Positions 48,646 through 58,770 of a stretch of DNA of 64,000 nucleotides are shown here, piece after piece. Where the stretch lies: IMG/VR virus record IMGVR_UViG_3300027816_000051, positions 124,001-188,000 of that record. One strand, written 5' to 3'. Every line of letters begins with the position of its first letter. Within the stretch, counting starts at the first letter, position 1. The position numbers and the translations under genes are program-made. The notes below the pieces were generated by a model. That model saw nothing but the letters and a program-made list of their open reading frames with translations. It was not told where the DNA came from and did no database searches.

Positions 48646-48801
48646 ATGAAAATAAGTATTGACAAAGTTGTATATCAATCTTATATTTTACCATATGTTA
48701 AAATAACATATAACAGTTGGTTAAATGGTGATTATGAATTAATAATTGGTTGGTTTAGTTATCAATTGGTTATTGGTTATACACCAAAACATAACAGATA
48801 A
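48646..48801 (+). CDS. Small protein, not in the ORF track
   Basis: 51-aa MKISIDKVVYQSYILPY... Confidence 0.5.
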   Translation: MKISIDKVVYQSYILPYVKITYNSWLNGDYELIIGWFSYQLVIGYTPKHNR

Positions 48802-48814
48802 TTGAAAAATATAG

Positions 48815-49063
48815 ATGATTAAATTTTTAAAACTGCTATTGATGAAACTTAGGCGTTTAAATTCCCCAACAATAGTTGAACCAGTAAAATGGTCAGTAGA
48901 GGATTTTAATAAAGCCAAAAAATGGGCCCAATCAAGATTACACCCTTCTTATAATGATAGAACAATATGGGACGTGGTTTATAGTGTAAGATATGATACT
49001 GCCGAAGTTCTTCACGAAATAAATAAGTTCATAGTTATAGAAAATAAAAATAAAAACAAATAA
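48815..49063 (+). CDS. Hypothetical protein
   Basis: ORF track. Confidence 0.55.
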   Translation: MIKFLKLLLMKLRRLNSPTIVEPVKWSVEDFNKAKKWAQSRLHPSYNDRTIWDVVYSVRYDTAEVLHEINKFIVIENKNKNK

Positions 49064-49067
49064 AAAA

Positions 49068-50444
49068 ATGAAAATTACAAAAACACTATTATTAATTTTA
49101 GGATTGTTTACAATCGTATACTCATGTTCTGACACGAGTAAAACAATTAAACCACAAGAGTTCCCAACGGACTTAGGTATTTCGGGATTCAATTTTCCTG
49201 AAGACTCTACGAAAATTTACGGATGGTTAGAGAATCAAGATACAACCAGTATTGTAAATCACGCGTGGGGTATTTGGGCTGGACTTACTCAACCAACAAA
49301 ACAAAAATACAATGGTCAAACATTGTTGGTTTTTGAAACTTGGATGGGTGTTCAAGAACTATCTGCAATGTCTGCACAGGGTCAAGTTTCAAGTTCAATG
49401 GAAAAATCAAACAGAACTGAACTTAACATCCCGAAACAATTTGTACATGGTAAACTTTTCGCGGGACAAAAGATTGACACAAACTTCACTGTGTTGGAAA
49501 CAGTTTCTTATGACCCATCTGCGGCACATTTTGCAACATCAAACAAATTATTTAATCAATCGTCATTGAACAAATATTTGGTAAAAGATGGAATTGGTGC
49601 GGTACCTGAATTTCCTAATACTTCAATCACCACCAAACCAACATATTATGCTGGTGTACCAAGTAAAAACGGTTTGATTAGAGTACCTGTTTGGGTATCA
49701 CCAAATCCGGCCAAAGCGTATAGATATAATGAATGGCAACAATGGGTTTACGCCGATGTTAATAATAAACAGGAACCGAATAAAAAGTTAGTACCTGTAA
49801 CAACATCAAATCCCACAGAGGAACAAATTAAAGATGCGACCTGTAACGTAAATGATTTTATTAATTATAAAATTGATAGAGTAGGTGCGGACTATCTCAA
49901 TAGTCACCAAGACGTTGGAACTACACCAAGTAGACAATTTATCGAAGGTGACTATGTGTTGTTGGTAGCCATGCACGTAACAACAAAAGAATTTAAAAAT
50001 TGGACATGGCAAACTTATTTTTGGTGCCCTGACCCGTCTAACCCTCCTTCACCAAGTTCTAAATTTGAAGCAGGTCTTAGACCTAAAGAACTTAAAGGCG
50101 CCGCTTCACACTACGCAGTTAGTACAGCATACGCAATGGTTTGGCCGAATCAACCTGTGAGTGGCGGTTCTGACAACAACGCTAGACCGATACTTGCTTT
50201 CAATCCTTATTTAGAGGGTGGATTTGGTCCAAAAGTTTTCAGTTTACAAAACAAATTCAGACCTGATTTTGTGTATGGAATGCAAACAAACTGTATGTCA
50301 TGTCACGCATTGTCGACTATGACGGGTAAGAATGGATACACCACAAATCAATACATTGATATGATGGACACATCGTTATTTAAGAATGATGTTAAATTAG
50401 ATTTCACATGGTCAATTCAAGGTAACTTGAATTCTGATAAGTAA
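49068..50444 (+). CDS. Lipoprotein with a C-terminal CxxCH haem-c motif
   Basis: Signal peptide ending VYS/C; QTNCMSCHA. Confidence 0.7.
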   Translation: MKITKTLLLILGLFTIVYSCSDTSKTIKPQEFPTDLGISGFNFPEDSTKIYGWLENQDTTSIVNHAWGIWAGLTQPTKQKYNGQTLLVFETWMGVQELSAMSAQGQVSSSMEKSNRTELNIPKQFVHGKLFAGQKIDTNFTVLETVSYDPSAAHFATSNKLFNQSSLNKYLVKDGIGAVPEFPNTSITTKPTYYAGVPSKNGLIRVPVWVSPNPAKAYRYNEWQQWVYADVNNKQEPNKKLVPVTTSNPTEEQIKDATCNVNDFINYKIDRVGADYLNSHQDVGTTPSRQFIEGDYVLLVAMHVTTKEFKNWTWQTYFWCPDPSNPPSPSSKFEAGLRPKELKGAASHYAVSTAYAMVWPNQPVSGGSDNNARPILAFNPYLEGGFGPKVFSLQNKFRPDFVYGMQTNCMSCHALSTMTGKNGYTTNQYIDMMDTSLFKNDVKLDFTWSIQGNLNSDK

Positions 50445-50463
50445 TAACATAAAATAACAACAA

Positions 50464-50775
50464 GTGAAGCTCCGTAAAATCGTAAAAGAATATAAAAATG
50501 CTACAACTTATGAGATATGGGAAGGAATTAGAGACAATTTTACTTTCGGTTTCATCGGAGCGACACTTGTTGTTTTTATTGCAACAAGAACCGACTTTGC
50601 TGTTCTTATCGGTTATATTGTCTACTATTATTACATGGGTCGGATAGTTAATCGACCAAAGTACGTTACAGATTTAGGTAAGTTGATAGTTTTCCCAATC
50701 CCTTCGGCATTGGGTGCGTTCACAGGGTATAAGTTATCTTATACTTTAATTGGGTTATTGGGGAGTATTTTTTAA
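50464..50775 (+). CDS. Small membrane protein
   Basis: GTG start; three hydrophobic segments. Confidence 0.55.
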   Translation: MKLRKIVKEYKNATTYEIWEGIRDNFTFGFIGATLVVFIATRTDFAVLIGYIVYYYYMGRIVNRPKYVTDLGKLIVFPIPSALGAFTGYKLSYTLIGLLGSIF

Positions 50776-50924
50776 TTAGTTCTCCTACCCTGTCCACGGT
50801 AGTTTTTCTCACTTTTATCGTGTTTATTAAAAGATTTTTTAGCTTTACCTAATCTTCTTTTACCAAAATTCACCTTTATAGATGCGTTTGATGATTTACC
50901 TTTTGAACTTTTTCCTGCTGCCAT
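50772..50924 (-). CDS. Small very basic protein (ends YRGQGRRTN), not in the ORF track
   Basis: 50-aa ORF; reverse TATTTAT at 50943-50949; YRGQG tail as in small basic phage proteins I recall. Confidence 0.65.
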   Translation of the reverse strand: MAAGKSSKGKSSNASIKVNFGKRRLGKAKKSFNKHDKSEKNYRGQGRRTN

Positions 50925-50993
50925 GTTAATAATTTTATAAAAATAAATATGGATATCATTAAAAAAGTGGTATATTTGTAAAAAATATCAAAA

Positions 50994-52829
50994 ATGCAAC
51001 TCATCAAACAAAGATTTTCTTATTTCAGAATAGATTTAGTTAGGGATAATTGTATGTTGTCTGAAGATAGACCAATACCAATTGTTGTATCTGATGGTAA
51101 AGAACTGGATGATGATTTTTTATTTACTGAACAGGTTAAGACACTTGAGCCCGTTGTAAATAGGGATACCAAATTTGAAACCATAAAATTGGAACCAAGA
51201 CCATCAAAGGGTGCGAGGACAAAATATTTTTATGGTGAAAAAGAAAAAGAATACGTTTCTTTCATAAAATTGACAAAAGAACCTTGTTACACAACAAGTG
51301 AAAAACATTTAAAAAGACATTATGGGAATCCTTTCTCATCAATACAAATTGTAACATTTGAAAGAACAATAGAACTTAGAGAAGGTAAACTTTACATAAG
51401 GTGTTACAAGAATACCAGATATCGTGATTTTAATTGGAAATATTTCCGTAAATCTTCCAAGGTAATGACGTTAACAATTGATTTACAGAAGGGAGATTTT
51501 ACGATTGGGGATATGAATTTTGGAAAGATAAAATCCAAAAGATTTAGAAAAAATTCATTTACTACGTTAGAAATCTTGTTGGGTTCAAACAGTCTTTTCA
51601 ATTTAAAAAAAGAGTTTAGTAACAATCTTAAAATCGCTAAGGAATTTGATGACACATTTAATGAACACGAATTTGTAAATGTTATTAAAAATCACATTCC
51701 AAACTTACCTACTAACGTTGGAAACTTATTTGATAAACATTTTTTTATAACTAGTTTTATTGAATTCTTTGCGGAAAAGAAAAAAATAAAAACACCAAAC
51801 GACTTTGTACCACTTATTAAAATACATTACCCAACTGAAAAATACCTTAAAAAGAATCAGAGAAAATTAATGCAATCTATTTTGGATAGTTACGGAATAA
51901 ATTCAAAATTTACCTTGAAACTTTTCCATGAAAATCCAAAATTAAATTTACAAGAGTTTTCATGTATGTGTGATTTACTTGGAAAGGATTATCCAAAATA
52001 CCTCGGTTCTTTGAAAAGTGAATGTTTTAATCTTTTTATGGTAGATAATGGTAATGCACATTCTATGGTACCGCTTGAATTGAGAGGTGCTAAAAATCAC
52101 CACCGACACCTGTTTATTGATAATGTTGATAGGGAAAATATCATTAAAATTTTAAATTCCCTGATTCCCAAACCGGCAGGAGACCATTCAGTATCGTCGG
52201 TTACTCGAGGTATATACACTTTGATAAAAGACCACTTCGATATGATTGAAAAGATTCGTGAATTTGACCCTAACATAAAAATGAGGGCAACAAATTACAC
52301 GGACTTTCATACAGAGCACATTGAACTATCCAAGACATGTTCATTAATCAAAAAGGGTTGGTCAATCGAATATCAATATGACAACAGAATGGTGAGATTA
52401 GTGGAGGAACAAATAAAGACTCGATTTGAGAACGACAATCATATTTTTTCTCCTGTGATATTAAAGAGAGAAGAAGAATATTCGGAAGAGGGTACATTTA
52501 TGCACCACTGTGTTGCCAGTTACGCAAACAAAGAATCATCAATGATAATTTCATTGAGGACCAACGGTGGTTCAGATAGAGTAACATGTGAGTTTAACAA
52601 AAAAACAGGTGACTGTATTCAGGAGAGACATTTTTGTAATAAGTTACCACCTGAGTATTTTGGTGAATCATTAGAAATATTAAAACAAAGAGTTAGAAAA
52701 TTTGCGTCACAAAGATTATTGAACCACATTGATATTAAAAAGGTGAAAGTTAAAATAAATGGGAAGGAAGTCAACCAAAGAGAACCTGATTTATTTGAAC
52801 AACTGATGAATGGTGACATAGAGTTTTAA
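50994..52829 (+). CDS. PcfJ-like domain protein
   Basis: ILKREEEYSEEGTFMHHCVASY, RVTCEF; TATATTTG at 50971-50978. Confidence 0.7.
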   Translation: MQLIKQRFSYFRIDLVRDNCMLSEDRPIPIVVSDGKELDDDFLFTEQVKTLEPVVNRDTKFETIKLEPRPSKGARTKYFYGEKEKEYVSFIKLTKEPCYTTSEKHLKRHYGNPFSSIQIVTFERTIELREGKLYIRCYKNTRYRDFNWKYFRKSSKVMTLTIDLQKGDFTIGDMNFGKIKSKRFRKNSFTTLEILLGSNSLFNLKKEFSNNLKIAKEFDDTFNEHEFVNVIKNHIPNLPTNVGNLFDKHFFITSFIEFFAEKKKIKTPNDFVPLIKIHYPTEKYLKKNQRKLMQSILDSYGINSKFTLKLFHENPKLNLQEFSCMCDLLGKDYPKYLGSLKSECFNLFMVDNGNAHSMVPLELRGAKNHHRHLFIDNVDRENIIKILNSLIPKPAGDHSVSSVTRGIYTLIKDHFDMIEKIREFDPNIKMRATNYTDFHTEHIELSKTCSLIKKGWSIEYQYDNRMVRLVEEQIKTRFENDNHIFSPVILKREEEYSEEGTFMHHCVASYANKESSMIISLRTNGGSDRVTCEFNKKTGDCIQERHFCNKLPPEYFGESLEILKQRVRKFASQRLLNHIDIKKVKVKINGKEVNQREPDLFEQLMNGDIEF

Positions 52830-52867
52830 TACTACATAATTAAATTTAGTCCATGTATATTTTATAC

Positions 52868-54256
52868 ATGGATTTGTTACTTAGACATTATCAAAACAAA
52901 AAATCCAAAACGAACAATTCGGTTTCGATTTGTGAATTACAGTTGTATCAATATGATAGTTTGATACACTATATCGCGGATTTTTCTTTCGATTATTTAC
53001 GATACGGAATAAAAAACATCCTTACCATCCATCACGGGTTCACGGTTAATTTAAAAAACGGGGACATAAATACTTACTACCAATTATCAAACTATTCAGT
53101 GAGTGAAGGTGATAAAGGTAGAAGTAAAAATAATAGAAAGAAGAATAATTTTGATTCAATACTTGCACTAATAGAAAACGGCATGTACAAGGGTGAAAAG
53201 AGAAAAGATTATTGGGGTAAAAGGTATAATAAATCAATTCAGGACATTATTAATATTTTAATATCCAAAATACAATCTGAGTCAAATTTTAATATTGAAA
53301 AGAATTATCAAGAGAAATGCTATATTAATCCACTATATGATTTGTTAGTTGATTTTCATTTATCAAAGAAAAATATAAAATACCATGATACTGTTTACAC
53401 CACAATTCAACAAGAGTATCCACAGAAAAAATGGTTAAAATTAAATGATAATAAATTTTTACCTTCTATTTTAGATTCGTATGGAATTAAATCAAAGTAC
53501 TTGATTGCTGAATTAAATAAACCACAAAACTTTGATGTGAATATTAAAAGTCTAAGCTTTCTATGTAAACTTTTTGGTGATGGTTACGTTGATTATTTAA
53601 GACAAACTAAGTGGCACGACATTGTAAAACGTAATTCTAATTTCAGAAAATTCCACACTTTGAAAAATGATAAAGAAAAATCCATGATGGTCAAGGTTAT
53701 TAATGATTGGGAAACCACAAACCTATATAAAGATAATTTTGTTGAGTTGGTGAACAAATTAATGAATCTTCGAGAATTCATAGAATCCAAAAATATCCCC
53801 TGTAAATTTAATGCGAGCGATTCCGACTCTGTAGAATTACTTTTAAATAAATTTGAAAACATAAAAAATCATTTTAAAAGGGGTTACAAAACAAGATATT
53901 CATTTAATGAGGAGTTCATAAATGAAATAGAATCTGACATTATAATTGACAATAAAGTTTTTCAAACCAAAATACTCAAAACCGAAGAGGATTTTTTCAC
54001 TGAAGGATTTATGATGAAAAATTGTATGTCTAAACAATTCAGCAAAGGTGTGGTCTATATCTATCTTTCCATGAAATGTAATCGAACAAAGATTAATTTA
54101 GAATATAAAAAAGGTAGTTTGATAATGTCTTTTGGTAAGGCCAATAGTCCTGTTGAGTCTTATTTCAATCCCGCAATAAATGAAATATCAAAAAAAATGA
54201 TGAAATATTCCAATATGACATGGACTAAAGAAAAATATGAATATATTTCAAAATAA
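52868..54256 (+). CDS. PcfJ-like domain protein, paralog of the preceding gene
   Basis: ILKTEEDFFTEGFMMKNCM; shares YPxxKxLK...SILDSYGIxSK. Confidence 0.65.
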   Translation: MDLLLRHYQNKKSKTNNSVSICELQLYQYDSLIHYIADFSFDYLRYGIKNILTIHHGFTVNLKNGDINTYYQLSNYSVSEGDKGRSKNNRKKNNFDSILALIENGMYKGEKRKDYWGKRYNKSIQDIINILISKIQSESNFNIEKNYQEKCYINPLYDLLVDFHLSKKNIKYHDTVYTTIQQEYPQKKWLKLNDNKFLPSILDSYGIKSKYLIAELNKPQNFDVNIKSLSFLCKLFGDGYVDYLRQTKWHDIVKRNSNFRKFHTLKNDKEKSMMVKVINDWETTNLYKDNFVELVNKLMNLREFIESKNIPCKFNASDSDSVELLLNKFENIKNHFKRGYKTRYSFNEEFINEIESDIIIDNKVFQTKILKTEEDFFTEGFMMKNCMSKQFSKGVVYIYLSMKCNRTKINLEYKKGSLIMSFGKANSPVESYFNPAINEISKKMMKYSNMTWTKEKYEYISK

Positions 54257-54268
54257 TTTTAGGATTTT

Positions 54269-54300
54269 TTTGGAAATCAAATTTTTCTTTTCTATATTTG
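54269..54300 (+). promoter_or_regulatory. Bacteroidota-type promoter TTTG-N20-TATATTTG
   Basis: Exact -33 TTTG and -7 TAnnTTTG with a 20-nt spacer. Confidence 0.7.
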
Positions 54301-54320
54301 GTTGGTAAAACCCCTTAATC

Positions 54321-54485
54321 ATGGAACCAAAAGAATCAAAATCTAATTCTCACTTCAATATAAGTTTGGCCAAGTCAGGTTTGAGAATCGTGGCTTGTTA
54401 TTTCTTATTTTTTACCAATTTAGAAACTGCGGCAATTTTATTTTTTGTGGCGGAGATACTCGGTATCGCGGAAGAAATCTTTTAA
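54321..54485 (+). CDS. Small membrane protein, not in the ORF track
   Basis: 54-aa ...HFNISLAKSGLRI...LGIAEEIF, directly after the promoter. Confidence 0.65.
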   Translation: MEPKESKSNSHFNISLAKSGLRIVACYFLFFTNLETAAILFFVAEILGIAEEIF

Positions 54486-54497
54486 ATTGTATTAACC

Positions 54498-54770
54498 ATG
54501 AAATTCATTCAAGATATCAAATTTTATTTGGTACTCACCATGTTGTTTGCCATCTCTATGGGTATTCTTCTCCAAAAATCCATACATAGAGAAAATAAAT
54601 TAAAAACGGAACTATCAAGAACCAAACAGGAAATGGATAGTTTACAAACCTATCTATTTTTATTTGAAACTGAATATAATAGGTTCGCGATGGCGTATGA
54701 TATGTTCTATGAAAGAAACCCAAAAGCTGCCGAAGAATTTGACCACATATTATCAAATGAGACAGAATAA
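54498..54770 (+). CDS. TM-anchored coiled-coil protein
   Basis: ORF track. Confidence 0.55.
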   Translation: MKFIQDIKFYLVLTMLFAISMGILLQKSIHRENKLKTELSRTKQEMDSLQTYLFLFETEYNRFAMAYDMFYERNPKAAEEFDHILSNETE

Positions 54771-55131
54771 GACAAAACAAAAAGTCGAACCACAAAAAGA
54801 AGAAGAGATGATAGTTGTTGACCCATCAAATGAAAACAATCAGGATATTGGTATTAGTGGTGAATGGATTAATATTAGAAAATCAACAATAATCACCCTA
54901 AATGATTATTTGGTAGTTCAACACGATGAGGGACCAGTTTCTTTACGAGTTGAAATAAAGGCAGACTTTAATACTATACCACCTGAATACCATGAAATAT
55001 TTTTAAATGTTTTATCTTCAAGATATCAAGGAAGAGTAAATTTTGGGGACAATCCGTTCTCAAAATGTAAACCAATCCAAAAGAGAAAATGGTATCAATT
55101 TTGGAGGTCAAAATATTTTGTCGGACCTTAA
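54757..55131 (+). CDS. Hypothetical protein
   Basis: Start moved to MRQNK (ATGA-type overlap); ends RKWYQFW... Confidence 0.55.
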   Translation: MRQNKTKQKVEPQKEEEMIVVDPSNENNQDIGISGEWINIRKSTIITLNDYLVVQHDEGPVSLRVEIKADFNTIPPEYHEIFLNVLSSRYQGRVNFGDNPFSKCKPIQKRKWYQFWRSKYFVGP

Positions 55132-55142
55132 TATTTATTTTC

Positions 55143-55289
55143 ATGAAAAGTCCAAAAGAAATTAATAATCAGGTCATTAAAGAAGATAACCCAATTGTAA
55201 ATGATGAAATAATTCAGGAGAATTATGAATCAGATAATGATTATACTTGGGACGATAATAAACAACATACCGAACAAAATTTCTACTAA
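55143..55289 (+). CDS. Small acidic late protein
   Basis: TATTTAT at 55132-55138, then MKSPKEIN. Confidence 0.5.
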   Translation: MKSPKEINNQVIKEDNPIVNDEIIQENYESDNDYTWDDNKQHTEQNFY

Positions 55290-55753
55290 AACCAAGGAGG
55301 TACATCTCTATTTTTCCATGTTGTGAATTTTGATTTTGCACCCCTGTAGTAGTTTCTGTAAGATTCAATCACACAATCTGTTTTATACTCTATTGGCATT
55401 GCTTTTGGTGGTGTAGTCAAACCTTTGTCACAAATTTTTAATTTATTTGTGACACACCACTCAATAACTTCTTGAGATTTATGACGTTTACCATAACGGT
55501 AAGTGTACTCTTTACAAAGTTCTAAACCCAATTCACAGAGTATTAGATAGTTTGTCAAGGATTCTCTTACCCATATTGAACACGGGTGATTTTTATGTGA
55601 CAACTTGTACGGTACTTGACCGGTTACTTGTTCGGTCATGTGATGAGCCCCACACAAAAGTTGTGCAGTTTCCAATATCATTTTCACAACGTGTTTGTCG
55701 CAATGATATTCGGCACATTTTTTTACATCTTTATCAAGAAAGAATATATTCAC
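55286..55753 (-). CDS. Pyrimidine-dimer DNA glycosylase / DenV-like protein
   Basis: MNIFFLD, CDKHVVKMILETAQLL, HKNHPC, YRNYY. Confidence 0.75.
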   Translation of the reverse strand: MNIFFLDKDVKKCAEYHCDKHVVKMILETAQLLCGAHHMTEQVTGQVPYKLSHKNHPCSIWVRESLTNYLILCELGLELCKEYTYRYGKRHKSQEVIEWCVTNKLKICDKGLTTPPKAMPIEYKTDCVIESYRNYYRGAKSKFTTWKNRDVPPWF

Positions 55754-55811
55754 AAGTCAAATATAGTGATAATTTGAAAAAAAATAGTTATATTTACTAA
55801 AAAATCTTAAA

Positions 55812-56498
55812 ATGATGCGTATTTCAAATTCATTAATTGAAGGTGAAGTGAGAGAAATAAAACCTTTCATATTTGCTGTTATCGTTAAAAACCAATATGA
55901 TAGGTCTAGCTTGTTTTGTAGATACCAAGAATTTTACGAATCTCCATACCCACAGATTAGAGGTAAGTTTTTCACTTTAGAACAATACATGAAGTTGTAC
56001 ATTGATACAAATAAAAAACCTCATTTTACGTATCCAAGCGATTGGACTGGTTATAATATACCCTCGAAAGTTCTTTTAGAGGCAAAAAATACGTTTGGTT
56101 TACCTCGAACCCAATATGATTATACTATGTATGAAATTATTGAATACTGTGAAAGAGAGTGTAGAATAAAGAATCGTGGTGAACAACATTCTTGGTATCT
56201 TATCGGCGCTGATAAAGTAAAAAGTGGTGTAATGAATCATGAAATAGCTCACGGATTTTATTATACAAACCCACAATACAAAGTTGAGGTCGATTATTTA
56301 ATTGGAGATATTAATCATAGAGATTATGAACATTTGAAAAAAGTTTTAATTAAAGGTGGATATTCTGACGACAAAACGATTATTGATGACGAGATTCAAG
56401 CATACATGTCAACAGGTAAACATCATGAATGGAAAGATTCTGTCTATGAAAAATATTCGTCAGACTTTATTAAAATATTTAAAAGATTCAATAAATGA
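55812..56498 (+). CDS. Hypothetical protein with HExxH motif
   Basis: NHEIAH and a downstream DEIQAY. Confidence 0.55.
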   Translation: MMRISNSLIEGEVREIKPFIFAVIVKNQYDRSSLFCRYQEFYESPYPQIRGKFFTLEQYMKLYIDTNKKPHFTYPSDWTGYNIPSKVLLEAKNTFGLPRTQYDYTMYEIIEYCERECRIKNRGEQHSWYLIGADKVKSGVMNHEIAHGFYYTNPQYKVEVDYLIGDINHRDYEHLKKVLIKGGYSDDKTIIDDEIQAYMSTGKHHEWKDSVYEKYSSDFIKIFKRFNK

Positions 56499-57067
56499 AA
56501 GTTATATTTTTAGACCACGACGGTGTAATTTGTTTGTCGTCAGAATGGGGTGGTCGATTCAAGAAACAAGAAAAATGGGGTGGTCGTAAATTATCTATGA
56601 CAACATCAGAAATGCCACTAGAATACCGATTTGATAATTTCAATCAAAAAGCGGTTAAGGTATTAAACCAAATCATCGAAAAAACAGGTGCGGAAATTGT
56701 AACGTCATCTGATTGGAAGAGGTGGGCAAATCTCGAAGAAATGGGTGAATACTACGAATCAAAAGGTATCTCTAAAAAACCAATCGCTCTCACACCTAAT
56801 TTAGGTCAGTGTAATTGGTATAATGATAAAGTATGGGTTTGGTCACCGAGATGGGATTTGGAGATGACTCGCGTTATCGAGATTAAACAATTTTTACACG
56901 ACCACCCTGAAGTTACTCATTGGGTTTCTGTTGATGATTTGGATATGGGTAAAAATGGAGAGGACTGGAAAGATTGGGGTTTAGATAATTTTGTATTAAC
57001 TCCATCATCTACTTTAGGTATCAAACAATCTGGTATAAAACAAAAGATTATCGATTACCTTACTTAA
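56495..57067 (+). CDS. HAD domain protein (Swiss Army Knife RNA repair-like)
   Basis: IFLDHDGV, TSSDWK, VSVDD. Confidence 0.75.
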   Translation: MKVIFLDHDGVICLSSEWGGRFKKQEKWGGRKLSMTTSEMPLEYRFDNFNQKAVKVLNQIIEKTGAEIVTSSDWKRWANLEEMGEYYESKGISKKPIALTPNLGQCNWYNDKVWVWSPRWDLEMTRVIEIKQFLHDHPEVTHWVSVDDLDMGKNGEDWKDWGLDNFVLTPSSTLGIKQSGIKQKIIDYLT

Positions 57068-57118
57068 TTACACCGTTTCTAAACGTAGGGATATTTATTT
57101 AAGTATAGAATTGTTTTA

Positions 57119-58447
57119 ATGAAAAAACCCACACTACAAGAAGAATTACAACGAATCCATGAAATTACCTACGGTAAATCAATGGTAAATGAAAATTTTA
57201 TCGATGATTTATTGGGTAAAATTGGGTTAGGTAAAAAAGACGAAAAAAAAATAGACGACCCCAAAAAGGCGGACTTAGTTTCACCTGACGTTGCAGAATT
57301 TTATAAGACATTAGAAGATACCGCAGCTCAGGGTGGGTTATCAGAACAACCAAGAGGTTCTATGGAATATCAAAAAGGTGTCGAAACTATGCAAATTGGT
57401 TTAATACTCTTGGGTTATGAGTTACCTAAATTTGGTGTTGATGGTTTATTTGGTCCTGAAACCGCAAGTGCTGTTAGAAAATTCAAATCAGATAATTCTG
57501 TAATCAAAGAAAGTGCCGATTCATTAAGAGATAAATTAGATGATTTAGGTTACACCGAAAAAGGTAATGAGTTAACCAGTGGTGGTTCTATTAATGACAA
57601 ACTCACAGATATTGTTAGTCAAATTCTTGACAAGTACAGTCAAAGTAATCCTGATGTTGAGGTTACCATAACCGCAGGTAACGATAAATTCCACCATAAT
57701 TTAAATTACGTAAGTCAACACACCAAAGGAAATGCAATTGATTTGGTTTTAAATCCATATAATTCAAAAAACGCTTCCGATTTTATAAAATTACTCAACT
57801 CAACAAAAAGTAGTGATGGTAATTTTTCATACATAGATGAATACACCAATCCAACCAAAGCCGCAACTGGTGGTCATTTTCATTTACAATATGGTGGTAA
57901 ATCATCTTCTAGTAGTGGTACTTCTGAAAATGCCACACCTGAAATGTTAAATAAGTTATTGGAATTATTAAAAGCTAAAGGTGTTAAATCCGAAGAGTTA
58001 AAACAATACCTTGACCAAGCGGCTAAAAATTCACAAATCAATGTTGACGGTTTAACGGACATCAATTTTTATAAAAAACTACTTGAAAATTTAGGTGCAC
58101 CCGAAAGTGAGGAAAACTTAAAATTCTTATACGCTTGGAGACAGTCAGAAGGTTCGGGTGGAAAATATAATCCATTTAATACCACATGGGATTTACCGGG
58201 TTCCACTAACGCAAATAGTGTTGGTGTTAAAAATTACAAATCTTTAGAAGACGGTATGAAAGCAACCATCAAAACATTGAGAAATGGTCTTTATACTTGT
58301 ATTGTTGATGGTTTGGTAAATGATATTGGTGCTGCGGAAATTGCTAAGTGTGAATCACTTAAGACTTGGGGTACTGGTACTTTGGTTGCCAAAGTTGTAG
58401 ATGGTTACGAAAGAGGTGCCAGTCCAAAAATCAAATCTTTAGCGTAA
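57119..58447 (+). CDS. Multi-domain peptidoglycan hydrolase: PG-binding, M15-like peptidase and lysozyme-like domains
   Basis: GVDGLFGPETASAVRKF; SQHTKGNAID...HFH; AWRQSEG...NPFNTT...YKSLEDG. Confidence 0.7.
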   Translation: MKKPTLQEELQRIHEITYGKSMVNENFIDDLLGKIGLGKKDEKKIDDPKKADLVSPDVAEFYKTLEDTAAQGGLSEQPRGSMEYQKGVETMQIGLILLGYELPKFGVDGLFGPETASAVRKFKSDNSVIKESADSLRDKLDDLGYTEKGNELTSGGSINDKLTDIVSQILDKYSQSNPDVEVTITAGNDKFHHNLNYVSQHTKGNAIDLVLNPYNSKNASDFIKLLNSTKSSDGNFSYIDEYTNPTKAATGGHFHLQYGGKSSSSSGTSENATPEMLNKLLELLKAKGVKSEELKQYLDQAAKNSQINVDGLTDINFYKKLLENLGAPESEENLKFLYAWRQSEGSGGKYNPFNTTWDLPGSTNANSVGVKNYKSLEDGMKATIKTLRNGLYTCIVDGLVNDIGAAEIAKCESLKTWGTGTLVAKVVDGYERGASPKIKSLA

Positions 58448-58502
58448 AAAATTAATTTTACTTTTTCTTTTTCTTTCATATCTTTTCATAAAACAAAAAG
58501 TT

Positions 58503-58727
58503 ATGGCAAAAGATACCTGTGTAATTTGTGGTGTTGAGACACCATATGAATTTGAAACTCATATTGATTTGAGATACGGTTACGTTGAGGGATTAGGTCA
58601 ATTGTGTGAGAAATGTAATCGTTCCGATGAGACTAAAAACTTATGTGTTCCAATTGATTTAATTAGGGATACACCAAACGATATGGAATTGGGTGAAAAA
58701 GTCAGAAGATTGTCCGATAAGTATTAA
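58503..58727 (+). CDS. Small Zn-finger-like protein
   Basis: CVICG ... QLCEKC. Confidence 0.55.
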   Translation: MAKDTCVICGVETPYEFETHIDLRYGYVEGLGQLCEKCNRSDETKNLCVPIDLIRDTPNDMELGEKVRRLSDKY

Positions 58728-58770
58728 CAATTCTGTTTTTGGTTGTATTTATATGTAAAGAATTATTTCT

